Assembly: GCF_006345805.1 (NCBI RefSeq)
Contig: NC_042999.1
Span: 73,842,001-73,906,000 of the forward strand
Length of the DNA: 64,000 nt
Source of the DNA: Octopus sinensis
Taxonomy: Eukaryota
Direction: 5' to 3'
Shown: positions 38,992 through 49,720 of the stretch, in pieces
Position numbering within the stretch: position 1 is the stretch's first letter
How the letters are laid out: every line of letters begins with the position of its first letter
Notes under the pieces: generated by a model
What the model was told of the DNA's origin: nothing
The model's database searches: none
Seen by the model: the letters and a program-made list of their open reading frames with translations, nothing else
Translations under genes and position numbers: made by a program

Positions 38992-39118
38992 ATCTTACAG
39001 CTGTTTTGGCCATGTAGATAAGTATGTCTCATTTTACCAATATTAGCCTTTTATGGTAGGTCAATATATAGATATAAATGAGACATTTACAAAAATATCA
39101 TAAGGCCTCTTCGGAGAT
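38992..39118 (-). ncRNA. Degenerate hammerhead-like fold with long stem II insert
   Basis: Minus strand atct-CCGAAGA-ggcc-[~90 nt]-ggcc-AAAA-cagctg-TA-agat: stems I, II and palindromic III are present; both core boxes carry one substitution. Confidence 0.5.
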
Positions 39119-39345
39119 TATGTAATATAAATCAGTCTACATATATACCCACATGGGTGTGGGTACATACCCATAATACAACATATACATATACATATGA
39201 GTGCATATACTCACACTCCTATACATATAAAAATATACATATACATAATGATATAAATAAATAATATAAATTAGTAAACATATATATGTGTTCCACATTC
39301 AATGTCTCAGTTTTTCGACTTAATATTGTGATAATAAACATACAC

Positions 39346-39468
39346 AAATTAGTACATAGTCAATAGTACATTATATTACTTCATACTAATTTCTGAAGTG
39401 TCATTAAAATTAGTACATAGTCAATAGTACATTATATTACTTCATACTAATTTCTGAAGTGTCATTAA
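39346..39468 (+). repeat. 61-bp tandem duplication
   Basis: aaattagtacatagtcaatagtacattatattacttcatactaatttctgaagtgtcatta starts at 39346 and 39407. Confidence 0.9.
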
Positions 39469-39599
39469 AGTTAGCATCATTATCGTTGTCAATACCATTA
39501 ATGTTACCATTATTATAATTCATAATATTATTAATAACGCTTACATTAGGATCCAGAGTGGTACATATGTATGTCCGGGTTCAAGTTAGTAATTTTCTG

Positions 39600-39764
39600 G
39601 ATAAACTGTTTTTACTTAAATTTTTATAGATTTTTACTGATTTAATAAGATGAGTTACACCAAAACCAGTAATATTTTCTTTATAAAATTTTAAAATTCA
39701 ATTTTATTAAATCTCCTCTTAAACTGAAATGTCTTAGACATAGTTCTGTGCCATTTCCACCTCC

Positions 39765-39811
<47 letters not shown>

Positions 39812-40027
39812 TATATATATATATATTATATATATTATATATATATATATATATAAAAGATGGAGGTGGAAATGGCACAGAACTATGTCGAAGACATTTC
39901 AGTTTAAGAGGGGATTTAATAAAAATGGATTTTAAAATTTTATAAAGAAAATATTACTGGTTTTGATGTAACTCATCTTATTAAATCAGTAAAAATTTAT
40001 AAAAATTTGAAGTAAAAACAGTTTATC
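39600..40027. repeat. 428-bp palindrome (about 170-bp arms around an (AT)n centre)
   Basis: 39600-39771 is the reverse complement of 39855-40027 with a few mismatches; mirrored ORFs 39681-39878(-) and 39748-39945(+). Confidence 0.95.
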
Positions 40028-40086
40028 TTCTGTTTGACAGAAGATTAGAGATTAGATTTCTAATCATTTTTCAGCTACAATATATA

Positions 40087-40345
40087 TCATCATCATCATC
40101 ATTGTTTAATGTCCACCCTCCATGCTGGCATGAGTTGGATGGTTTGACTGAAGACTGGCAAACCAGGAGGCTGCACTAGTTTCCAGTCAGATCTAGCAAG
40201 GTTTCTAAAGCTGGATGCCCTTCCAATGCCAACCATTCCAAGAGTGTAGTGGGTGCTTTTTATGTGCCACCAGCACAGGGGTCAGTCAGGTGGTACTGGC
40301 ATCAACCACACTCAAATGGTGCTTTTTATGTACCACTGGCATGAT
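40087..40345 (-). mobile_element. RTE-type tail fragment
   Basis: (cat)n-tgtttaatgtcc...gctggatgcccttccaatgccaacc. Confidence 0.7.
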
Positions 40346-40789
40346 ATATATATATATTTAGGTTAGTTGAAATATGTTTGTCACACATTTCAACTGCTAA
40401 AGGCAAATACACTGCAGTTACCATGGAGAAAAAAATCTCCCTTATGGCAAAAAGGTGTGAAAACACCCAGTTCGTGTCGCCATCTCTCGGGAATCTCAGA
40501 TATCGATGTTTCAAGTTTATTGTCTCTTGTTGATGAGATGTATCTAAGAGATGATTCTTTATTACGATAATTATTTTTTCATACAAAGATAGGACAATAC
40601 AGGACATTACAAACAAATAGTGTGTTTATGAGTTCTTTTTAAAGTGGTTTTACAGATTTTACAATTTACACTTGTCTGTGAAGCCCAACAGTTGCACCAT
40701 ACTTTTCTTTTTATCAAGGATGAGATTAAGTAGGGTCATTCACACCTAACTTCCTTGCTACATCCTTCCATCTTTTCCTGAATATAATT

Positions 40790-42540
40790 TGCGACAGGTG
40801 TCTCCTCTCCAGCCCTATTTTGCTCTTCAGATGATATCTGAAGTAATATAGCAAACCAGGGTTGGAGATAAAAGTTCCCGTCATGACTCCTTTCATTCTA
40901 GAACTAGAACTCTTTCAACACTGTGACTGTGCACAAAAACATGCCGCATCTTCCTTTGATAGTCCGGGTGGCGGTACAATCTTGATCATGGACTCAGCAT
41001 ATAGCTGTACTCGTCCTAGATGCAACAGTATGTGTTCTATGTGAATTATCAAGTCTGAAAGCTCCAGGCACTGTACAAGAATGTGCAGAACAGTTTCATC
41101 ATCCTGCCCATACCTTGGGCATGCTGGTGGCACAGACATTCCATGCCTAGACAATTTGTCGTGAACAGGTAATGCACTCCTATAGCACTGCTAGGTAAGG
41201 GATTTCTGGTAGTTATCAGGTACCCTGGCCTGAAAGGTCTTTGAAACAGGTTGGTTAGCTGGCCCTCATCGAGTCCCTCTTATACTCTACCATCTCTCTA
41301 TAGAATACCAAGGTGATATTCCCACTACCGGCCTTATGGATTAGCATGAGTGCCTGTTGGCACTCTTTTTGCCATTCAGTCATGTTGTATCTTTTAATGA
41401 AGTCAGGTTTGAGTCCCTCCAAGGAGGCCAGTCGTGGAAAGAATTCCTCCACCAGCGAATTCCATACCTGGTCACCATTCAAATAGAGCCAGAGGTGCCT
41501 TAGCCTCAGCGCATGCCTGTACATCATTAGCCATGGCATTCCTAACCCACCCTTTAGTGGTCCTTGGCAGCAAACAGAGCACTTCACAGGCAGTTTTCCT
41601 CCCCTCCACAAAAAGCAGAAGAGAAAGCGTGCCAACTTGCTTAGCCATGAATCAGAGCAAGGGACAATGGTCAGATGGTAGGTAATAAAAGATGCAATAT
41701 ACACGTGCACCACCTCTTCCCTCCCTTTCAGGGATAGTGCCCTTCCAGACCAGGTCTGGATGAGGGCTTCCACCCTAACCGCCACCTCATACCAATTCTT
41801 CTGTCTGGGAATCTGGTCCAAACTAGATTCCAAACAACTTAACAGGACCATCCGTCCAGTGCCCCATGTCGCTGGACATTATTGTCTTGCCACTCTAGGT
41901 GCCAAGTCACAAGCTGATGGACTTATTCTTGTTAATTTTCGCTCCTGCTACCACTCATATCCTTTGATTGCATCCTCTACACAATGTAGCTGAGCTTCAT
42001 TGGACACGGTGATGGTGACATCATCCGCATATACCAAAACAGACTTATTATATCCCAATTCATTGGAGATGCCGCCCCACAAACTCTCCAGCCTCTGCAG
42101 CAATGGCTCATGGGCCAATACATGCAGAAGTGGAGACAGTGGGAACCCTTGATGAACTGTGCACTCGATCCTAAATGGCACTGACTGTTTATTGGGACTG
42201 TGGATTTGATACTGCCAAAAATGGCAGTGATCCAACCACAGAAGTCCGGGCCTAGCTCAGCCACCACCAGATACTGGTGTTCTACTCTATCAAAAGATTT
42301 ACTTTGGTCTGAATGGACCAGTGCCCCACCTTTACCAGATAGTTTACCAATCCTCTCTAAGGGGTAGTGCAGGAGATGGAGATTATCCTAGATTGACCTG
42401 CCTGGAATGGTGCATGTCTGTGCCCTCCCAACAAAATTCTCCGTGGCATGGCCAAAGAAAAGAAACTCTGAATGAACTAAATAAAGCTTATAGCTTTATA
42501 TATATTTCAGCCAGCATGTTGACTGATTTGTGCTAGTAGA
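40790..42540 (-). pseudogene. L1/Tx1-clade LINE ORF2 fragment (RT to CCHC knuckle)
   Basis: QTCTIPGRSI.DNL, VHQGFPLSPLLHVLAHEPLL, YADD at 42020-31, FLWRG...KGGLGMP, CP(R)...ETVLHILVQC. Confidence 0.85.
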
Positions 42541-42605
42541 TTGCCCAATCAAGAAAAAATATTGGAGTAACGTCACAAAGCAGTGTTTACATATAATCAC
42601 AATTT

Positions 42606-42910
42606 TTTTTTTTGTTCCTTCTCGAGCCGTGCCTGGCTCATAAGGGCCGGTTTCCCGGTTTCTTGCCGTATAGGTTCCCCACCTGGACGGGACGCCAGTC
42701 CGTCACAGGTGAATTGCAAGATGCAGGAAGAAAGAGTGAGAGAAAGTTGTGGCAAAAAAGTCAGCAGAACTTCGCCATTACCTTCTGCTGGAGCCGTGTG
42801 GAGCTTAAGTGCTTCGCTCATAAACACACACATCGCCCGGTCTGAGATTCGGACCGGTGATCCCTCGACCGCGAGTCCGCTGATCTAACCACTAGGCCAT
42901 GTGCCTCCAC
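42606..42910 (-). mobile_element. SINE family D (tRNA head, poly-A tail) with 14-bp target-site duplication
   Basis: TSD tataatcacaattt at 42592-42605 and 42911-42924; head gtggaggcacatggcctagtggttag; central ctgtgacggactggcgtcccgtccagg...agaaaccggg resembles Meta/V-type SINE domains (from memory, unverified). Confidence 0.85.
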
Positions 42911-44684
42911 TATAATCACAATTTAGGTTAGTTGAAATATGTTTGTCACATATTTCAACTGCTAAAGGCAAATGCACTGCAGTAATCATGGAGAAAAATC
43001 TCTTTTATGGCAAAAAAGGTGTGAAAACACCCATCAATGCCTGAGATTCCCGAAAGATGGCGACACTGAATGAACTGGGTATGTCAAAGAACTGGTGATT
43101 TGTTATCCTTGAGTAGACCTGTCCAGCAAAGTAAAATCAAGGCCATAAAGGCATGTCCTTAATGTCTATGCCCCCTTACCACACACAATCTGTCCCCTCA
43201 CCCAACAAACCTCCATGACCCAAATTCCCAAAGCCCTTTTCTCTTACCCATGCTCACCACCCACTGCATTCCTTTCTATTCTCCCTTCTGTACCTACCTG
43301 CACACAATATGTCTCTGTTGAATTACTTCCCCCCCCCTCGCAACGTATCCTCTACAATACACCTTTCCTCCACCTTGTGCCCACTCAACAAATCACCTCC
43401 CTCCCATCTACTACCCCCCTTTCACACAATCTCATGGACTCACCCACTCGCACTCTTGAATCCCTAGTCCACTCACTCTCACCATCATCTCCCTGTCACA
43501 TCTTCACCATCTTCTCTCTCTCCACTCTTTCCCTATGTGAGGCAGCCATGTGTATCTTCTAATGCAAAACATTTTTTTTCTGTCCCTCAATACTTCTCCC
43601 ACCTCAGGTGAGATGTCATGCCTTGCAAGTTATTTGGTGACCTCACTATTGCTGGTGCCTTGTAAAAAAAACACCCAGTACACTCTGTAGAGTGGTTGAC
43701 ATTAGGAATCAACAACCAACTGTAGAAACCATGCCAAAGCAGGCAGCAGGGACTGGTGAAGTCTTTTGATTTGCCAGTTCCTGTCAATCCATCCAACCCA
43801 TGCCAACATAGAAATCAGATGTTAAATGATGTTAATGATGATGAGGATGATGATGATGATGGTGATATGTATTAATTTTTCTTTGACCCAGCATTGAATG
43901 TCTAATAACTGAAAGAAATAGAAAAATAAAAAAAATTGCAATTACTCGCTTTGTCCTCTAACAACGATCTGTGACATAATCAGAAAAATCCCACTTGTCT
44001 GAAAGGTAAGAGTTCCGTTTTCGTTGTATGCTATTTTACTCTGAGTTCCAATAGATGAAGGGTCCCATCTAAAGAGCCCTGGAAAAAAAGATCAGAAAAG
44101 CAACAATATATTACATATGATAATAAAATAAATGACATCAGGTTTTAAAAGTGAAACTACTAGAAAATTTTAAAATTTCTAACGATGCCAGAGGGCTACA
44201 TGTTAGTGACTTTAAGGAAATAATAGATTAGATTTATTTTTGTAATCTGCAGGCATTTATTTCATTAACCTTGGAAGAACAATAGACAAAGTTAACCTTG
44301 ACAGAATGTAGCTACCAAATATAAAATTCTTGAATTTGAAGAAATATTTATATATAACATTTATGAAATTGAAGAAATATTTGTGTATTATATGATGTTA
44401 ATCCTATTTTATTTTGAAGTTCTCTAAAGTTAAAAGATACTTACTATATAAATAAAGTAGGGACTGAAGTACTAAATCGTGTATATAAAATATTCCCAAT
44501 TGAAATTTCATTCTTTGTAAGAGGAAGAATCTAATTACGATTGTCAGCAGATAATTTCAAGCAATTAGGAATTAATTTTACAGGTAAAATGTGATCTTTA
44601 TTTGCAAGTATAGGGACAGTAATGGATATATTCTGATCTCTTCCATTAAAATAAATCAGGGCTGCTTATATAATGTATGCAATG

Positions 44685-45045
44685 GCCCTGTTCAGGCACT
44701 ACCTTGAAGGGCTTTAGTCAAAAGAATCAACCCTAGCATTTATTTTTTTAAAGTTTTGTACTTATTCTACTGGTCTCTTTTGCCAAACCACTAAGTTATG
44801 GGGATGTAAACAAAGCAACACTGGTTGTCTTGCAGTGGTAGGGGACAAACACACAGACACATGCACATATATACATACACACATATACTTATGATACACA
44901 CACACATATATACTTCCAGTTTCTGAATACCAAATCCACTCACAAGGTTTTAGTCAGCATGGGACTATAGTAGAAGACACCTGCTTAAGGTGCCATGCAG
45001 TGGCACTCAACCCAAAACCATATGATTAGGAAGCAAACTTCTTAT
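44685..45045 (-). mobile_element. SINE family A, diverged copy
   Basis: Reverse match to 31607-32016 (gtctcttttgccaaacc; ccaaatccactcacaagg; ctatagtagaagacac). Confidence 0.7.
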
Positions 45046-46159
45046 ATCATCGTCATAGTTGTATGTTTGCTTTCCATGATAGAATGGGTCAGACAGGTCA
45101 CCTTAGTTAAAGTCAGCACATATTCAGAGAAACTGCTCAACTAGATGGGTCAGAAGACAGCATCACATTTGTGTACTTTATTTTTGGCTTGGTTTCTATG
45201 ACTGCCAGCTCTAGAGGGGTGTTATGTCTGAGACAAGACTAATTGTCTTTACAATTTCACACTTTACAGATTATATTACATGTATTTTCTTGTGGCATCA
45301 GCATTAAAGAGATAAGCATGTGAAGGACATGGCTAAATGGATCTCAACGATCTCAGTAATATACATATACTTTCTCATATGGTAATACTCCTATAAATGT
45401 AAGATAACACACATACAAGCACAGTCATGGAGGCATTCAGTAACTAAACCTCTCTTCCAGAGAGCATTAGATTTCAGTGACAATTCCAATATGTCTAGTG
45501 ATATGGACATTGATGTGATCATACATACTAAAAAAACCCACTTCTATTCTTTAATAACTCATTCTTGGGTCAGTTTTAATGAGATAGAGCTATTCAATAT
45601 CCTTATGGAATGCTTTGATGGAATTGAAATAAGTAACTTAATTGGATTTATATTAGATACTCTCCTGACAAAATAATTTAAACTAGAGCTAGGGCTTTAC
45701 GTCATCCACATAACCATTTTATATCTGTTTTTCTTTATGCAAGCATGGTTTGGACAAAACTTTGTTGAACTGGTATTCTATTCTAGACAAGAAAAAGATG
45801 ACAAGATCATGTGAGAATTGTATACCCAAGTTTCACCAGTCACTGCATTCTCCCCCTTGCCCTCTCTTTGTATTCACTTGAACTCCCTACTCATGCACTC
45901 TAGGCAATGCTCTGCCACCTTATTCATATTCTCATTCCTATACTTTGAAAGTTTACCCTAGCACATTGCCACCATCTTTCTTGCTCTCTCTCACCCTCAC
46001 TCTTGCTCTCCCTCTCTGACTGGAGTAACATGTATCTCCTCTATAGCAAGACACCTGTTTCTGTCCTTCTGTTAGACTCATATGCTAACCCCTCATCACC
46101 TGGCACAAAGCCTCCAAATCTTTTTCTAAACTCCAATACCACTCTCCACCTCAAAGGAT

Positions 46160-46570
46160 TTTTGTTTTGTGAGTTCCTTGGTGACCTCATCTGTGTTGAT
46201 TCTACATTAAGAGCACTCAGTCCTCTCTGTAAAGTGGTCAGCATTAGGAAGGGTATCCAGCCATGGAAATCCATGCCAAAACAGACCTTGCCAGTGCAGA
46301 TGTCATGTGAAAAAAAACCCAGCCCATTTTGTAAAGTGGTTGGCATTAGGAAGGACATCCAGCTGCGAAAACCATGGCATAATAAACCTTGCTAGTGCTG
46401 GTGAAAAGCACCCCATCCACTCTAATAAAGTGGTTGGCTTTAGGAAAGGCATTCAGCTGTAAAAACCATGCCAAAACAGTGGAGCTTGATGCAGTCCTCT
46501 GGCTTACCAGCTCCTGTCAAACCATCCAACCCATGCCAATATGGTAGACAGATATTGAATGATGATGATG
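46160..46570 (+). mobile_element. RTE-type tail with three tandem ggttggcattaggaagggcatccagc-like modules
   Basis: Module copies near 46235, 46335 and 46430; tail gatattgaa(tga)n. Confidence 0.65.
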
Positions 46571-46625
46571 ATATATATACATACATAAATAAATACATAC
46601 ATATATATATATATATCGCTGGTCA

Positions 46626-46896
46626 CATATACACATCGCTGGTCACAATGCGCTTCGCATTGTTTTAGCTTTCAAATGACACCACCCCGGTGGCTAAGCG
46701 AGCAGGCCAACAGAAGAAAGAGTGAAAGAAAGTTGTGGCCAAAGAGTACAGCAGGGATTGCCACCATCCTCTGCTGGAGCCTCGTGTAGCTATAGGTGTT
46801 TTTGCTCAATAAACACTCACAACGCCTGGTCTGGCAATTGAAACCACGATCTACGACCGCAAGTCTGCTGCCCTAACCACTGGGCCATTGCGCCTC

Positions 46897-46899
<3 letters not shown>
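46626..46899 (-). mobile_element. SINE sharing the family D head but with a different 3' tail
   Basis: gtggaggcgcaatggcccagtggttag...ggctccagcaga...gccacaactttct(t)tcactct shared with 42606-42910; afterwards unrelated (...aaacaatgcgaagcgcattgtgaccagcgat). Confidence 0.75.
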
Positions 46900-46940
<41 letters not shown>

Positions 46941-47595
46941 ATATATACACATACATACATACACACACATACAAAATAGAAAACCCTTGATCAAGGTGCC
47001 ATGCTGTAAGACTGAGTCCCAAACCACATGATTGCAAAATTTTTATAACTGTACAGCCAAGCCATCAACTACAGCCAATCTTTACAAACTCATCTCTCCA
47101 CCTCTTATCGACTTTGTTGTAACCACTCCTCCAGGCCCTGCACTAACCATTGATATGCCAAGTCATTTCTCTTTGGAAGATCATTTCTCTGGAATCTCTT
47201 CCTTGTTCGTGACTTTCAGAAGTTGGTGCTGATTTGCAATAGTGTAAGTAGAACATTTACATCAGTCTCACCAGTTGACTGACAAGGGTCGTGGGCTCTG
47301 TTTCTTCTTCACATGTAGAAAAAAAAAAAAAATTCGAGGCACCTTTCTTGGAATTCAGTCTAGAATGTCTGTGTGTTCTAAATATATCATTGATTTAATT
47401 TTGCTTTGATAAATAAAATTGCAATGACATAAATTTATTTATTGTCCACCACCACCACCACCGCCATCCCAACCATATCATCATCGTTATCGTCACCACC
47501 ACCACCACCAATACGTTTTTTTTAAAGCAATATATGATGCTGCTATAACAGAGTTTGGTATACAGTGGTCAAATTGTTTATCATTAAGCAAAAAG

Positions 47596-47654
47596 TTGGC
47601 GAGAACTGCCTGTTCGTTCATGGAGTGCAGTTATTGCTTCGGCTATCATTTCCT
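47596..47654 (-). repeat. 59-bp inverted copy of histone H1 coding sequence
   Basis: Reverse complement matches 49224-49282 at 58/59 positions. Confidence 0.95.
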
Positions 47655-49037
47655 AAGTGAAGCTCCGATAATATTGCTAGAGATGAAAAAAGGCGCTCAT
47701 TATTTGTTTGTTGTTTTTTCTGATTCTCATTTACCAAAACACTGTTGTAATCAATTCATGGCATTTCTTATTATCGTTATAAATAAACATTATGTAAAAG
47801 TAAAAGCAGACGATATCTATTACACACTGAAATTGACATTGACAGGCAATTGACACGATTTCATTTTCATCTGTGACAATGACGGGAGCGATGAGAGAGC
47901 CCCTACGAGGCCACTCACCCGCCTAGAAATAATAGCCAAATATTCTATTTTCTCATAGTCTATAAAAAAATGAGAGCATATATTGGATGATGTAATCTTA
48001 AATAAATATTGTCTGAAGATGGAAAATATTTGTAGGGTCTCCTCGATTGGAGCTCAATACCTCCAATAGTGTTGTTTATGACGATGATGTCGACGACAAC
48101 AATTCTAAAAATTATGACGATGGTAATCATATTGGCCATAATAATTCAAACTTTGTTGACTGAATTTAATTTGTATAAATAAATAAAATAAACAAAAATT
48201 GTTTAAAAGAGAAGCGATCAAAGGAAGGAACCTCGGTAACTTATATTGAATAAGCATTCATTATCATCATCATCGTCATTATTATTATTTGGTCCATTGT
48301 AATAACCTATTTAGTCCATTGTAATAACTTAATTTGCATATTATATTGTATTTCACTTGATATATTTTGTATTGAGTGATTTGATTTATTGTCAATGATG
48401 ATGCACTCATAATAAATGTTTTAACCACCAGCTTATAATTCCTCGTAATTATTTCGATATTTAAGAAAAATCGTTTCTGCGCGAACTGAAGTGAAACATT
48501 CTACACTTAGAATAGATATATTTTAACAAAAATATCCTATAGATAAGAATCCATTGATTTTTTAGGTGTGATATAAGCCTTTTTTACAGTTCTAATACAA
48601 CCACTTATTTCTTGGTTTATCCCAAATGTATGTGCGTCGCATCTCCAATGTGCATGGTTTTCTACAAAGCCATTATGCATGAAAATACCCAAACCAAATT
48701 AATTATTTAAGAACAAAGAATGGATTTCTATATATTACCAATAAATTTTATAAAAATTCAAAAAATAAGTTATAAAAAGGTATTTTTCAGATGGGCTGTA
48801 GTAATCTGCTTACCAACATGTCAAAGAAAAATTGAATGAAAATTGTAACAACAAAATTTATTGATTATTAAAGTAGATTTTAAGAAAGTACCATTAATGT
48901 AAAATAGAATTATAAAAATAAAAATATTTGTTCTATTCGTCATCAATAAAAACTAAGCATTTTTTTGAACAGTCTAAGCACATTCAAACATCTTTCCCCA
49001 TAATACCCGCTGTAAATTCGAATTTGTCTACTACTAC

Positions 49038-49091
49038 GTCCGCGAAAGCATTATAAATACAGCATCAGTCAGTCACCCTGCATCACATTCA
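49038..49091 (+). promoter_or_regulatory. Histone H1 core promoter
   Basis: TATAAATA 49052-59, cap-site-like ACATTCA 49085-91, GTCCGC 49038-43; no exact AAACACA H1 box nearby (closest is AAACATC at 48986). Confidence 0.7.
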
Positions 49092-49108
49092 TCACTAACA
49101 AGTTAATC

Positions 49109-49681
49109 ATGCCGGACACTGAAGCTGCTGCTGAGACTGCTGCTGCCCCGCCAGCTACTCCAGCTAAGACGAAGAAAGCTGTAAAAGCGAAAGCTAGAAC
49201 TACTAAAAGTCATCCTAAATACAAGGAAATGATAGCCGAAGCAATAACTGCACTCCATGAACGAACGGGCAGTTCTCGCCAAGCTATAATCAAGTATATT
49301 AAAGCCAACTTCAATCTCGGAGGTGGCGATAAAGTTATTGCTAACAACGTAAAGCAATCATTGAAGATGAGAATTTCCTCTGGCGATATTGTCCAGACAA
49401 AGGGTGTTGGAGCATCGGGATCTTTCAAGTTGGTTGCTGCAGGTAAATCTAAGGCGAAAGCTACCAAGTCTAAAACCAAGAAAGCTAAGGTGAAGAAGCC
49501 TGCTGCTAAGACAGTAAAAAAGACACCCAAAAAATCTCCTAAACCTAAGAAAACTGTTAAAGCGAAGAAAGTTGTAAAGGCAAAGAAACCCGCCAAGAAA
49601 ACTGCTAAGCCTAAAAAGGCCCCTGCCAAGAAGAAGGTTGCTAAAAAACCAGCCAGCAAACCAAAGAAGGCTAAGAAGTAA
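49109..49681 (+). CDS. H1: Histone H1 (linker histone), 190 aa, intronless
   Basis: Ala/Lys/Pro N-tail, winged-helix globular domain (SHPKYKEMIAEAI...GSSRQAIIKYI...QTKGVGASGSFKL), Lys-rich C-tail with S/TPKK motifs. Confidence 0.98.
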   Translation: MPDTEAAAETAAAPPATPAKTKKAVKAKARTTKSHPKYKEMIAEAITALHERTGSSRQAIIKYIKANFNLGGGDKVIANNVKQSLKMRISSGDIVQTKGVGASGSFKLVAAGKSKAKATKSKTKKAKVKKPAAKTVKKTPKKSPKPKKTVKAKKVVKAKKPAKKTAKPKKAPAKKKVAKKPASKPKKAKK

Positions 49682-49704
49682 ATTGTTCGCATTTTATTTC
49701 AAAC

Positions 49705-49720
49705 GGCCCTTTTAAGGGCC
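49705..49720 (+). promoter_or_regulatory. Replication-dependent histone mRNA 3' stem-loop
   Basis: GGCCCT-TTTA-AGGGCC preceded by AAAC and followed by AACAA, 23 nt after the stop codon. Confidence 0.95.

Noticed and set aside
43892-44005. 114-nt segment with a good acceptor (tttctttgacccag) and donor (aag/gtaag)
   Set aside because: It has stops in all three frames, and such sites arise by chance in AT-rich DNA; it could only be a non-coding exon and needs RNA data.
49021-49031. AATTTGTCTAC resembles the U7 snRNA Sm site
   Set aside because: There is no 3' hairpin or HDE-complementary 5' end, and it lies within the H1 promoter; probably chance.
49210-49692. 160-aa hydrophobic minus-strand ORF
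   Set aside because: It is the antisense shadow of the Lys/Ala-rich H1 codons.
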